This document shows positions 10,024-19,680 of a stretch of 64,000 nt of DNA, in pieces. The first letter of the stretch is position 1; each line of letters opens with the position of its first letter. The notes beneath the pieces are model-generated. The model did not search any database, was not told where the DNA came from, and saw only the letters and a list, made by a program, of their open reading frames with translations. Both the position numbers and the translations under genes were made by a program. This DNA comes from Candidatus Obscuribacterales bacterium (lineage in GTDB: Bacteria; Cyanobacteriota; Vampirovibrionia; Obscuribacterales; Obscuribacteraceae), in contig CBDDIJ010000003.1 in the NCBI GenBank assembly GCA_965228855.1, forward strand, positions 384,001 to 448,000. The letters are read 5' to 3'.

Positions 10024-11843
10024 CCGTAACTGGTTGTCGTGTCTGCAGGTGTTTGCCGGCATCGTTTCTTCATCCATGAATCGATAGAATCAATCACAGC
10101 TATGTCCGGTTGCGCGTTTTCAAACATGAGGTGCTCACTAAGTCCGAGCACCATAATGGATTTGTCCTCGCAATTCACCGCTTCGAATAGCTCGAAAGTG
10201 CCTCTGGGTTTGACGAGACGGTCCTTCAGCCCTTGCAGCATGAGAACAGGAACATCTTTTATCTGCTCCGCTCGCCGTTTGGTCGTCCGCATGAAAACCG
10301 AGAATTTGATTAGTTCTACTGGCGAAAGATTGAGTTTCGCTTTGGGATCATGGGCCCACTTTACTCTTGCTTCTTCGTTGGAAGTGGCTCTCTCCGCGAC
10401 ATAATCACCGACGTCGAATGGTCGTTTCGGATCGATGATAAAGTGCATCGCTGTCTGCAGCGACATCCTCTTCTCTTGAAACCGCTCTGCAGAGGGCACT
10501 GATGAAATCACGCCATTGATTTCATTCCCAAGTTTGGCGGCGGCGCGCACGGCAATTGCTCCGCCCATCGACTCTCCGAGGATGAAAACGGGAATGCCTG
10601 GATTTTTGTTTTTGACAATTTTGACCAGGTTTTCAATGTCCTCAAGGCACTGCTCATAGTCGAGCTCTTCTTCTCCTCGTGTTTGAATCCATGCGCCAAA
10701 ACCGCGGACATCGAGCGCGCCTACCAGATATCCGCGTTCTGTCAGCTTTTTAGCCGTGTGCATAAAGGCTCGGTTTTCTAATCCCAAACCGTGAATGCAT
10801 ATGACCGCGGCTATTGGCTTGTTCTTTGGGTGCCACGAGATCACCGGCAGTGTTTTAATCCTGAAATCGTTGCCTGCCCAGGCGATTTCAGCTGGAGACT
10901 TCGGATTGAGCGCTTGAACGTATGAAACTCTGAAGATTTCTGCAAGCTGCTCGTATTCCGGAATTTCCCCGACGGCTTCAAGTGTGGCTCTGATCATCAT
11001 TATCTGGGAAAGCAGATTGTAAGCGTTCTTCTGCGCCTCTTCGAACTCTTTCGGTTTTGTGCCCCAGCGCTTGAGAATTTCCGACAGCTGCAACATCGCC
11101 CATGAATAGTTGAGAACTGCAGGAATACCGCCTTCTGAAATCTGTGCTTTTGTCGAGTCAATAAGAGTGCGGCAATGTTTTTCTGCCGAATCGTACTCCT
11201 TCAGGTACATCTCACAGCCGACTACCGATTCGATGATTTCGCTGATGAGAACCGGCGGTACGTTGCTTTGTTTTTGAGAGAGAAACAGCGCCGTGTTATA
11301 TGCGGCCAGGGCAGACTTCAGATCGTGATTTTTGTAATGGCAGTCGCCGATTCGTTTTGTGATGAGAAGCTGGGTGCGCAGGTCTTCCGTACCGTACTTC
11401 TCGTACAGGTTCTGTGTCTCGTTTAAATACTTTATTGCATTGCTGTATTTCTCGTTATGAGCCTCATATGCACCAAGAAAGTAAGTGACATCAGGATCAA
11501 TTTTGCCTGCTTTCTTTTGCTCAGTGTATGCTTTCTGAAGCAGGTCCCTTGCTTCATCGCTCTTCTTGTTCAAAATCAGGTTCAACGCCTGCCCTGTGAC
11601 GGACGATGAGTCAAAAGGAATTGGAAGCGATGTTGTTTCCTTGTTCTTTATATTCGGGATGAAATTATCTCGTCTATTTGCATGATTGGATTCCGGCGCT
11701 GAATCGCTTCGCAGCGGCTCCGCAGCGGAAGGTGCCGGAGACTGCATGACGGGCTGTTCTTCAGCGGTAGCCTGCGCAAAAGCAGTCGTTTGTGATGCCA
11801 AAGTGATAGCAGCCAGGATAGCAGCGCACGATTTCTTGTTCAC
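10014..11843 (-). CDS. Secreted TPR plus alpha/beta hydrolase (lysophospholipase-like)
   Basis: Signal peptide, TPRs, HGLG, DVRGFG, GESMGG nucleophile elbow, D and H of the triad. Confidence 0.85.
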   Translation of the reverse strand: MNKKSCAAILAAITLASQTTAFAQATAEEQPVMQSPAPSAAEPLRSDSAPESNHANRRDNFIPNIKNKETTSLPIPFDSSSVTGQALNLILNKKSDEARDLLQKAYTEQKKAGKIDPDVTYFLGAYEAHNEKYSNAIKYLNETQNLYEKYGTEDLRTQLLITKRIGDCHYKNHDLKSALAAYNTALFLSQKQSNVPPVLISEIIESVVGCEMYLKEYDSAEKHCRTLIDSTKAQISEGGIPAVLNYSWAMLQLSEILKRWGTKPKEFEEAQKNAYNLLSQIMMIRATLEAVGEIPEYEQLAEIFRVSYVQALNPKSPAEIAWAGNDFRIKTLPVISWHPKNKPIAAVICIHGLGLENRAFMHTAKKLTERGYLVGALDVRGFGAWIQTRGEEELDYEQCLEDIENLVKIVKNKNPGIPVFILGESMGGAIAVRAAAKLGNEINGVISSVPSAERFQEKRMSLQTAMHFIIDPKRPFDVGDYVAERATSNEEARVKWAHDPKAKLNLSPVELIKFSVFMRTTKRRAEQIKDVPVLMLQGLKDRLVKPRGTFELFEAVNCEDKSIMVLGLSEHLMFENAQPDIAVIDSIDSWMKKRCRQTPADTTTSYGYK

Positions 11844-11981
11844 TCTAAAATTCCCCGATTCGCTTTGAACGGCAGTTTATCAGGTGGTGCGAGTTGTTGT
11901 AATTGCTAAATACTCATGCGGAAAATCGGCGAATCACCGTAATTGCAGATTGCAGGCGATCTCGACAAGAGCATCAGGGTA

Positions 11982-14123
11982 TTAACGCTTCATGCTCAAA
12001 GAAATTCTCTTCCGCTCAACGTCGACTTGCATGACTGTGACATCGACTCGCTGGTGAACCTTAACAACGTCAGCTGGATTCTTGACGAACTTATTCGCAA
12101 GTTCGCTAACATGAACAAGACCATCTTGATGCACGCCGATATCGACGAAGGCACCGAATGCGGTGACGTTCGTAATCACTCCCGGAAGTTTCATACCCTC
12201 CCGCAAGTCTTCTAACTTATTGACGCCTTCTTTGAATTGCATCGGAACTAGCTGTTCTCGGGGATCTCTGCCCGGCTTCTCCAGCTCTTGCATGATGTCC
12301 TGCAGTGTCGGCAGACCGACCGTGTCGGAAACATACTGGTTCAGATCAATCCGCTTGCGAACTTCGGAGTTTGACATCAGGTCTTTGACATTTTGAGAAA
12401 GATCCTTGGCCATCTTTTCCACTAGCGCGTACCTCTCAGGATGAACCGCGCTCGAGTCCAACGGATTTGAAGCGTTTCTAATCCTCAGAAATCCGGCGCA
12501 TTGCTCGAAGGCTTTAGCTCCTAGTCTGGCCACTTTCTTGATTTCGCTTCGCGATTTGAAAGGTCCGTTTTCAGCCCTGTGTTTGACTATGTTTCCGGCA
12601 AGCTGCGGACCGAGACCGGAAACATATGAAAGTAATTCTTTGCTTGCTGTATTTAACTCCACACCCACGGAGTTTACGCAACTGGAAACAGTGTCGTCCA
12701 GGCTGGCTTGCAGCGCGGGTTGGTCTACATCGTGCTGATACTGACCGACGCCGATAGATTTTGGGTCGATTTTGACTAGCTCTGCAAGTGGATCGAGCAG
12801 GCGTCGTCCAATTGAAATGGCACCGCGGACGGTGACATCATGATCGGGGAACTCGTTTCTGGCCACTTCTGAAGCTGAATATATCGACGCTCCGCTTTCA
12901 TTTACCAGCACTACAGGCGGTGCTGTAACCCCGGCTGACTTGTAATCAATTCCTTTGAGAAACGCTTCCGATTCCCTGCTGGCAGTACCGTTTCCGAGGG
13001 CGATTGCTTCTACCTCGAATCGTCTGATCAGGTCCAAGATCTTTGCCTCTGATTCCGCTACCCGTTTATTCTCATGCGGATAAATCACATCGTGATGTTT
13101 CAATTCTCCCTGGCGATTGAGGCAAACAATTTTGCAACCTGTTCGAAATCCAGGGTCAACGGCCAGGACAACTTTGTCTCCGAGCGGCGGAGACATCAAT
13201 AGCTCTCTCAGATTAGTGGTGAAAACTTTGATCGCCTCAGCATCTGATCGGTCTTTCAAATAATTGCGAACTTCAGTTTCCATCGACGGAGCAAGTAGTC
13301 TTTTGTAAGCGTCTAGAATTGCTTTGTTCATTTCAATTCCGCTTTGACTGCGAGCCTGCTGCAAGAACTTTGCTTCTACAATGGTTAGCGCTGCAGCTTC
13401 ATCAACATCTATTTCAGCCTTTAGCAACCCTTCGTTTTCCCCTCGCAGAATCGCGAGCATTCGGTGTGAAGGTATTGTCGTTACAGCCTCCGAGTATGCA
13501 AAGTAGTCTTTGAACTTTGCCGCCTCGGCTTCTTTCCCTTTTGCCAACTTCGAGTACACTACCGCCTTTTGCATCCACAACTTTCGCAGCGACTTTCTCG
13601 TGCTGTCGTCTTCGGCGATCCACTCGGCTATGATGTCGCGTGCCCCGGCAAGCGCATCGTCTGTGGTGGCAACGCCCTTCTCCTCGTTTACGAACTCTTT
13701 CGCCGCTTCTTGCGTATTAGAGCATTTGTACTCGAAAATCATTTTGGCGAGCGGTTCCAACCCTTTCTCTCGGGCTGCTGATGCGCGCGTTTTTCGTTTC
13801 ACTCTGAAAGGGAAGTAAACATCTTCGAGTTCTGCGAGCGTTTGAACAGCGTCAAGTTTTTTGCTCAGTTCGTCTGTCAGCAAGTTACGTTCGGTCAATG
13901 ACGATAAGATCGACTCTTTGCGTTTATCAAAATCGGCGAGGCGTTGCGCCAGATCCCGAATATTTTGAATCGCCACTTCGTCGAGACTGCCTGTGGCCTC
14001 CTTTCGATAGCGAGCGATAAACGGTATGGTGCAGCCATCCTCAAGTAGGGATATTGTTGCGGCGACAGAGCGATGAGGAATTCCGAGTTCGCTTGCGATG
14101 CGGTTGCCGTGTTCGTTGGTCAT
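11982..14123 (-). CDS. tex: Tex family transcriptional accessory protein (S1 domain)
   Basis: TIPFIARYRKEATG, DPGFRTGCK, IGVGQYQHDV, C-terminal S1; start placed at ATG 14123. Confidence 0.96.
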   Translation of the reverse strand: MTNEHGNRIASELGIPHRSVAATISLLEDGCTIPFIARYRKEATGSLDEVAIQNIRDLAQRLADFDKRKESILSSLTERNLLTDELSKKLDAVQTLAELEDVYFPFRVKRKTRASAAREKGLEPLAKMIFEYKCSNTQEAAKEFVNEEKGVATTDDALAGARDIIAEWIAEDDSTRKSLRKLWMQKAVVYSKLAKGKEAEAAKFKDYFAYSEAVTTIPSHRMLAILRGENEGLLKAEIDVDEAAALTIVEAKFLQQARSQSGIEMNKAILDAYKRLLAPSMETEVRNYLKDRSDAEAIKVFTTNLRELLMSPPLGDKVVLAVDPGFRTGCKIVCLNRQGELKHHDVIYPHENKRVAESEAKILDLIRRFEVEAIALGNGTASRESEAFLKGIDYKSAGVTAPPVVLVNESGASIYSASEVARNEFPDHDVTVRGAISIGRRLLDPLAELVKIDPKSIGVGQYQHDVDQPALQASLDDTVSSCVNSVGVELNTASKELLSYVSGLGPQLAGNIVKHRAENGPFKSRSEIKKVARLGAKAFEQCAGFLRIRNASNPLDSSAVHPERYALVEKMAKDLSQNVKDLMSNSEVRKRIDLNQYVSDTVGLPTLQDIMQELEKPGRDPREQLVPMQFKEGVNKLEDLREGMKLPGVITNVTAFGAFVDIGVHQDGLVHVSELANKFVKNPADVVKVHQRVDVTVMQVDVERKRISLSMKR

Positions 14124-14368
14124 TGCCTTATCCCTGGTAAAGTTCGCCGGGTAGTCTACCACCCATGGCAAGGGCTTTCGTTAATGGGTTGGAGCACTGT
14201 CTGACAAAGGTTTCGGGGGGGCGAGAACGGTTTTGCCCATGAAAGGGCAATTGGTGGCTGATTAAGTTTGGATATTGCGTACTTTCCCCACTTGTTTCCG
14301 CTTTCGCCGAACTTTATTATGAAGTCAAGCTCAATCTCTTCACTCGCTCTGCACGATTTGAGGTTTCT

Positions 14369-15868
14369 ATGACGGACAAACCGACTGTGTCGGACAAAAC
14401 CGACGTGGCACAAAAAGACACTGCGACCGACCCGAGTGCCGGTGCCCGTACCGAAGCTCAGACGTTGATGAAGGACAGCACCGCACCAGTGGCGGCGAAA
14501 TTAGACACCAGTGTCTGGCCTGATGTCGGTTTCACATTTGCCGATGTCCGCCCCTCGAGTTCTAAACCCGGTCCGGCTGAACCGAGTGCTGAACAGAAGG
14601 CTCAACCCGGACAGAGCCCCAACGTGGATAAGTGTGACGGCAATGAGGCGTTTCAAACACTCATAGACACCGCTGCCAGCTTGATCTACGACCCGAAAGA
14701 TTTAGGCGATCTCAACAAACTATATGAGCAGAACGCCTGCGTGCCCACGACTGCCGAAGCAGTGAAGCGTGCCGATGATGCCTTGAAAGTTGCAAAAGAC
14801 CCGTACACCGACATATTGCCCGGAAAAGAGGCGAACGATCTGAGGACCGCAATGGATGGGCATCTGATCGGCGTGGGTGTTCAAATCGGCAGACCGGAGT
14901 CAGCCCCAGGGAAGGAGCCGTTGAAGGCTGGACCAATCCAAATCCAGCGGGTTTATCCGAACAGTCCGGCTGAAGCGGCTGGGCTCAAGCGCGGCGACAT
15001 GATAACGTCTGTTGGCGGAGTCGATGTGAGCAAAATGAGTCCCGACGACGTCGCAGCAAAACTTCTACGCGGTGCGGAAGGCTCCGACGCAAGAGTACAG
15101 TTATTGCGAGATGGAAAGCCGATGGACTTCACCATGAAGCGAGCCGACTACTCCTTCCCGTCCGTCACTGACTCTAAAATCGGCGATTACGCCTACATCC
15201 GCCTTGAAGACCTTGGACAGAATGACTCTGCGGATGAATTGAAAGCAGCGCTTGAGAAACATCAAGATGCAAAAGGTTTCGTGCTAGATCTGCGTGATAA
15301 TCCTGGCGGATTGGTTCCAAATGCTTTGCTGGCTGCCAGTTTGATCATGGACAAAGGAGAGATTCTGAAAGTGCGTTCGCGGGTTCAGTCGGACCCCAGC
15401 GATCCTCAATATAATGTAGAGCGTTATTTCGTGACACCGACCGGTATCAAGGCGACGACTGAAGATCCGAACGAGCAACTCGGAGACCAGGAAGATGTTC
15501 GCATGAAAGACCTTGTGAATAAACCGCTTGTCGTTCTCACAAACGAGGGAACCGCCTCTGCTGCCGAAATTCTCGCCGGAGCTTTACACGATAATAAGGA
15601 AGCTGTCCTCATCGGTAATACCACTTTCGGCAAGGGCATCGGGCAGCAAGTGCTCGATGGCATGCCTGACGACAGCATTTTGAAGGTCACTAATTTTAGA
15701 TTTTTTACGCCAAACGGTCAGTGGATAGGCGACGGTCATGACCATAGAACTGGTATCGCCCCTGATATCAAAGTCGAGAATCCCAAATCAGCGGAATACG
15801 GTTCGCCCGCGGATGCGCAACTTAAAGCGGGCTTGAAGAAGCTCGACGAGCTGACTGGAAAGAACTGA
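14369..15868 (+). CDS. S41 family C-terminal processing peptidase (PDZ)
   Basis: PDZ (SPAEAAGLKRGD), LDLRDNPGG, TASAAEI, TFGKG; no evident signal peptide. Confidence 0.92.
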   Translation: MTDKPTVSDKTDVAQKDTATDPSAGARTEAQTLMKDSTAPVAAKLDTSVWPDVGFTFADVRPSSSKPGPAEPSAEQKAQPGQSPNVDKCDGNEAFQTLIDTAASLIYDPKDLGDLNKLYEQNACVPTTAEAVKRADDALKVAKDPYTDILPGKEANDLRTAMDGHLIGVGVQIGRPESAPGKEPLKAGPIQIQRVYPNSPAEAAGLKRGDMITSVGGVDVSKMSPDDVAAKLLRGAEGSDARVQLLRDGKPMDFTMKRADYSFPSVTDSKIGDYAYIRLEDLGQNDSADELKAALEKHQDAKGFVLDLRDNPGGLVPNALLAASLIMDKGEILKVRSRVQSDPSDPQYNVERYFVTPTGIKATTEDPNEQLGDQEDVRMKDLVNKPLVVLTNEGTASAAEILAGALHDNKEAVLIGNTTFGKGIGQQVLDGMPDDSILKVTNFRFFTPNGQWIGDGHDHRTGIAPDIKVENPKSAEYGSPADAQLKAGLKKLDELTGKN

Positions 15869-16209
15869 CCCGGACGAGGATGCTGAGCGCGAGCTCTCAA
15901 TCGAAAAAGATGAGGTGGCGCGAGCAATTGTCGTACTCGAACTATAGTGCATCCGAATCGGTCGATTGGGAATCGGATGCCTGGTGGAAAACATTGCCCC
16001 TGAAATCAGCTTGCCAGAACGCGTTATGCCGAAAAGCTTAGACCAGAAGATTGCTGCTGGCACGGTTGATAAGACAAACTGAAATTTCTGATCACCTTCT
16101 GGCAAAAAAATGTTCGGCTGTTGAGTCCTCTAAAAAGCGGGACACCCAAAAAAGAACAGGTGATTTCCGTTCCCCAAATTAAATCGACGGGCCATGTTCT
16201 TAATGAAAA

Positions 16210-16230
16210 TGGTGGAGGCGGCGAGAATCG
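16210..16230 (-). mobile_element. 3' fragment of tmRNA/tRNA-Ala-like gene (att-site scar)
   Basis: Minus strand reads CGATTCTCGCCGCCTCCACCA: part of the T-loop, 3' T-stem, an Ala-type acceptor strand and CCA. No complete gene is present. Confidence 0.6.
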
Positions 16231-16529
16231 CGTTCGCGAAAATGAGGATTTGAAGGTCTATCAGCAGTCACTGAAATAGTAACTGTTACGCGAAAACTTT
16301 GTTGCCTCTAATCTGTTAATCGAGGTTTGAAGGTGTCTCTGGCCAGTCGAATGTGATCGAACCGTGATCAGAAAACGGCGTAATTGCCCATATTATGCTG
16401 GATCTTTACAATCCAAGCGGGTTTGGAGCGCGTTGTGAACTTGTGATCGCCCCCGTTCTGTGGGCGTTTCACCCACCTTGCGCCAATTACGTATTGGAGG
16501 TGAGTATTTCCACCACTTGCGATCACGTC

Positions 16530-16553
16530 ACGATAACACTACGCTGTTATCGT
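16530..16553. promoter_or_regulatory. Palindromic operator-like site upstream of SulP gene
   Basis: ACGATAACA-N6-TGTTATCGT perfect 9-bp inverted repeat. Confidence 0.4.
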
Positions 16554-16726
16554 TGAAACTGTGGAAATGGCAACCTCTCGCTGCTAGACCACTTCAATCT
16601 ACCGGAGAGTTTGGAACTCATATCGAGATCCGGTAGCAAACAAAAGACTGCAAAAGTCACTTATCGGGGAAGCGGTTCATTCTTCAATGAACGGCTTAGA
16701 GTGTGCGTGGACGCAGGAACACTATA

Positions 16727-18520
16727 ATGAAAACCATCGGAGACACTGGGATCGAAGCCGATTCCAAGGAAATAGCTGTCGTGACATCTAAGGAAACAGT
16801 TGTCGACACATCTAAGGAAACGGATGCGGAAACGAGGAAAGCGATAAGAGAAGCTGCTCTTAAGCGCGATGCGGATAAGCCACAAAATGGTCTCGCAGGG
16901 CTCCAACACTGGCGCCACGACATGATGGCAGGTCTGATTGTAGCTCTCGTGTCAGTGCCACTTTCACTTGGTATCGCGCTCGCCTCGGGCGCCCCGCCAA
17001 TATGCGGTCTGACTTCCGAAATTATCGCAGGTTTGATTTTCCCGCTTCTCGGCGGTGCGTATGTAACTATCAGCGGTCCAGCAGCGGGTCTAGCTCCGGT
17101 GCTCTATTCGAGTATTGCAGCGCTCGGTAATGGTGATATGGAGAAGGGTTATCACCTCGTTCTCGGCATCATTATGTTTGCCGGTTTCACACAAATAGCT
17201 CTGACTAAGTTGAACGCCGCGAAGTTTAGTTACTTGATTCCGAAATCGGCTATCCATGGGATGCTTGCCGCAATCGGCTTGATGATCATCGCAAAGCAGA
17301 TTCCAAACTTCATCGGTCATAAATACGAGGCGCATGAATTTTTCGGATACATCGCAGAAACACCTTCTCATATATCAAATATGAATTTATCAGTGTTCGC
17401 GATCTCGATAGTTTGTCTTGCCGTCCTACTGTTCCTTCCTAAGGTAAAGAACAAGTTTGTGAAGCTGATTCCGCCCCACCTTGCTGTGGTTCTCCTAGGA
17501 ATCGGACTTGGGCAACTATGTCACCTGGACCCTAAATTCCTGGTCGCGATCCCGCAAAATCCGCTGGAACACGGTTTTGTTTTCCCTGATTTCGCCGGAC
17601 TGTTTGCGTCGCCCACGATGATTCCCACTATCGTGCTGTGCGTGTTCGCGTTGACCTTTGTTGATGGTACCGAGTCCCTGGCTACGATTCATGCGATTGA
17701 CCAGATCGACCCTTTCCATAGAAAGTCCAACCCTCACCGCACACTGTTCGCGATGGGTGTATCTAACATCTTTTCCAGCTTGATTGGTGGATTGACTATT
17801 ATCCCCGGAGCGATCAAGTCTACAACCAACATTCTTGCCGGTGGCAGAACCGCGTGGGTCAACTTCTACAACGCATTGTTCCTGATCGCGTTTCTCCTGT
17901 TCTTCAACGGACTGATGTCGATGATTCCAATCGCGACACTATCCGCGGTGCTGGTGCACATCGGTTACAAGCTCGCCGGTCCGGAAAAGTGGCAGCGCCA
18001 GATTGACCTTGGCTGGCAGCAACTGGCTGTTTTCTCTACAGTCGTTCTCGTCACCGTCACATCAGACCTTCTGGTCGGGATCTTCTGCGGTATATTAGCG
18101 AAAGTCGCAATTCTGATGTTCTACTCGTTGCGTTGCAGTGAGGCGAAACGCCGTTATGCTTCGTTCGGGAAGCACCTTGTACACAGCTTCACTTCTATAT
18201 TCAAGAACCCGATCGCGCAAGTCGTCGACCTTGATAACGACATCACGGAAGTTCACTTCGGCGGTCCGGTCACTTGCTTCAACAATCTGTCTGTGAGAAA
18301 CACTCTCGACGGTTTGGTCGCCAAACACAAGAGCGTGCGCTTGATCTTTGACCCTTCCGTCAAAATTGTCGACCACAGCAGCACCGTGTATCTCAAGTCT
18401 TTCGTCGCTGATTGCAAGCGCGCCGGTCTGGTCAACGTGGATATCCGCGGACTGGACCGCCTCTGTGCCTGCGGCCACGACGAAGACTCACTTCGCTATC
18501 GCGTGGCGATTACGCACTAG
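16727..18520 (+). CDS. SulP family inorganic anion transporter
   Basis: DMMAGLIVALVSVPLSLGIALASGAPP, SGPAAGL, many TMs, STAS-like tail. Confidence 0.93.
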   Translation: MKTIGDTGIEADSKEIAVVTSKETVVDTSKETDAETRKAIREAALKRDADKPQNGLAGLQHWRHDMMAGLIVALVSVPLSLGIALASGAPPICGLTSEIIAGLIFPLLGGAYVTISGPAAGLAPVLYSSIAALGNGDMEKGYHLVLGIIMFAGFTQIALTKLNAAKFSYLIPKSAIHGMLAAIGLMIIAKQIPNFIGHKYEAHEFFGYIAETPSHISNMNLSVFAISIVCLAVLLFLPKVKNKFVKLIPPHLAVVLLGIGLGQLCHLDPKFLVAIPQNPLEHGFVFPDFAGLFASPTMIPTIVLCVFALTFVDGTESLATIHAIDQIDPFHRKSNPHRTLFAMGVSNIFSSLIGGLTIIPGAIKSTTNILAGGRTAWVNFYNALFLIAFLLFFNGLMSMIPIATLSAVLVHIGYKLAGPEKWQRQIDLGWQQLAVFSTVVLVTVTSDLLVGIFCGILAKVAILMFYSLRCSEAKRRYASFGKHLVHSFTSIFKNPIAQVVDLDNDITEVHFGGPVTCFNNLSVRNTLDGLVAKHKSVRLIFDPSVKIVDHSSTVYLKSFVADCKRAGLVNVDIRGLDRLCACGHDEDSLRYRVAITH

Positions 18521-18696
18521 GTTAGACGAGCTCAGAGAATTCATGGGCGGGTCGTAGGAAGCTCCCCAAAAAACTAGGTCGGTCTTTACGCCCGTCGAGC
18601 TGAAAGAGAATGCAGATGTCTCAAGGTGTACCCGATACTAGACCGCTCAGACCTGTCCAGAATAGGTGCCGCATTTCATGTTGAGCCTTATGGAAA

Positions 18697-18939
18697 CTAT
18701 GCCCAGCTCCGAATCTCTATGAACCGCTCTTTGGCTTTGGTTGAGACTGCGTCCCAATCATTTCGTCGAGGTTTGACTTTCAATTCAGTGATAAGCCAAC
18801 GAATAACGTCTTCCAGGGCGACTCTACCCGACGGAATATGTTTCCGCTGCAAATCCAGTAACAAAAAACGTTTATCGTCTTTCGCGTACGCATGAATATG
18901 GGGATACAGAATCGGATCTTCTGTAAGATCGGCGGTGCC
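18697..18939 (-). pseudogene. 5'-truncated fragment of a conserved hypothetical protein
   Basis: Open frame bounded by an upstream TGA with no start before the motif: ...YPHIH...KHIPSGRVALEDVIRWLITELKVKPRRNDWDAV...RSWA*. Confidence 0.6.
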
Positions 18940-18974
18940 TCAGCCGAAACCTTGCAGCTATGGGCACTGCTTAG

Positions 18975-19583
18975 CTAGTCCAAGTAGAATTCTCGAAATT
19001 GTTTTTGAATCTTCTGCAGCTCTTTAGCTCGCTGATTTTCAGGTAGAGCGAGAACTTCCTCGGCGCGCTTCCTGACGCCGTCTACCATCTCCGGGTCCAA
19101 CTTCGCTTTACGCAGAGCCTCCGCGGACTCCCTGTTGTCGGTTTTCAGTGGATTCATGCCGTCGTACATTTGTTTCATCATGCCCAAGATCTGCTGTTGC
19201 TCGCCAGCCGGGCGGTTCGCCAAATCCGTGGCAACGCCTTCGATTGCCTTTGCGAGTTTAGGTTCAAAAGCTCGTAACGCGCGCATATCAGCGCCGGGAC
19301 CGTGACCCTTGAATGATATGGTTTCGGCGAGATTATTGCTGACGCCTTCTTTATCCAGCTGTTTCGGCTCACCTTGCTGGGTTTTGTCGGCTTGCTCGAC
19401 AGTGGTTTTCCACTGTACCTCAGTTACGGCAGCACTTCCGGCTGGTTGATTCAACTTCTGGATATCGCCGAGGGAACTAGCAGCGAGTACCAGATTGTCG
19501 GTCGAGCCTGCGCCCGCAGTCCCCTTCTCTGCTGCTGCATCTGTGTGTGCGCTCACTGCGCCGTCGCCATGTTTGCCAGCCAT
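18975..19583 (-). CDS. Hypothetical protein
   Basis: 202-aa ORF with GGAG SD, low-complexity N-terminus and helical C-terminus. Confidence 0.7.
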   Translation of the reverse strand: MAGKHGDGAVSAHTDAAAEKGTAGAGSTDNLVLAASSLGDIQKLNQPAGSAAVTEVQWKTTVEQADKTQQGEPKQLDKEGVSNNLAETISFKGHGPGADMRALRAFEPKLAKAIEGVATDLANRPAGEQQQILGMMKQMYDGMNPLKTDNRESAEALRKAKLDPEMVDGVRKRAEEVLALPENQRAKELQKIQKQFREFYLD

Positions 19584-19680
19584 ACTCGTTGCTCCAATGT
19601 TCGAAACTTCTTTCCGAATACATTAAACCAAGATCGGGCGCTCGATAAACCCTGTCACCGGTTTCCAGACCTGCCGGCGG

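Noticed and set aside
16244..16282. EDLKVYQQSLK resembling the four-helix-bundle (IVS) protein N-terminus
   Set aside because: Only about 10 residues followed by two stops; cannot be distinguished from chance.
16210..16454. Complete tmRNA gene
   Set aside because: Too short, T-stem 5' side disrupted, no convincing tag reading frame.
16783..16821. Direct repeat ACATCTAAGGAAAC x2
   Set aside because: In-frame micro-duplication (TSKET) in the disordered SulP N-terminus.
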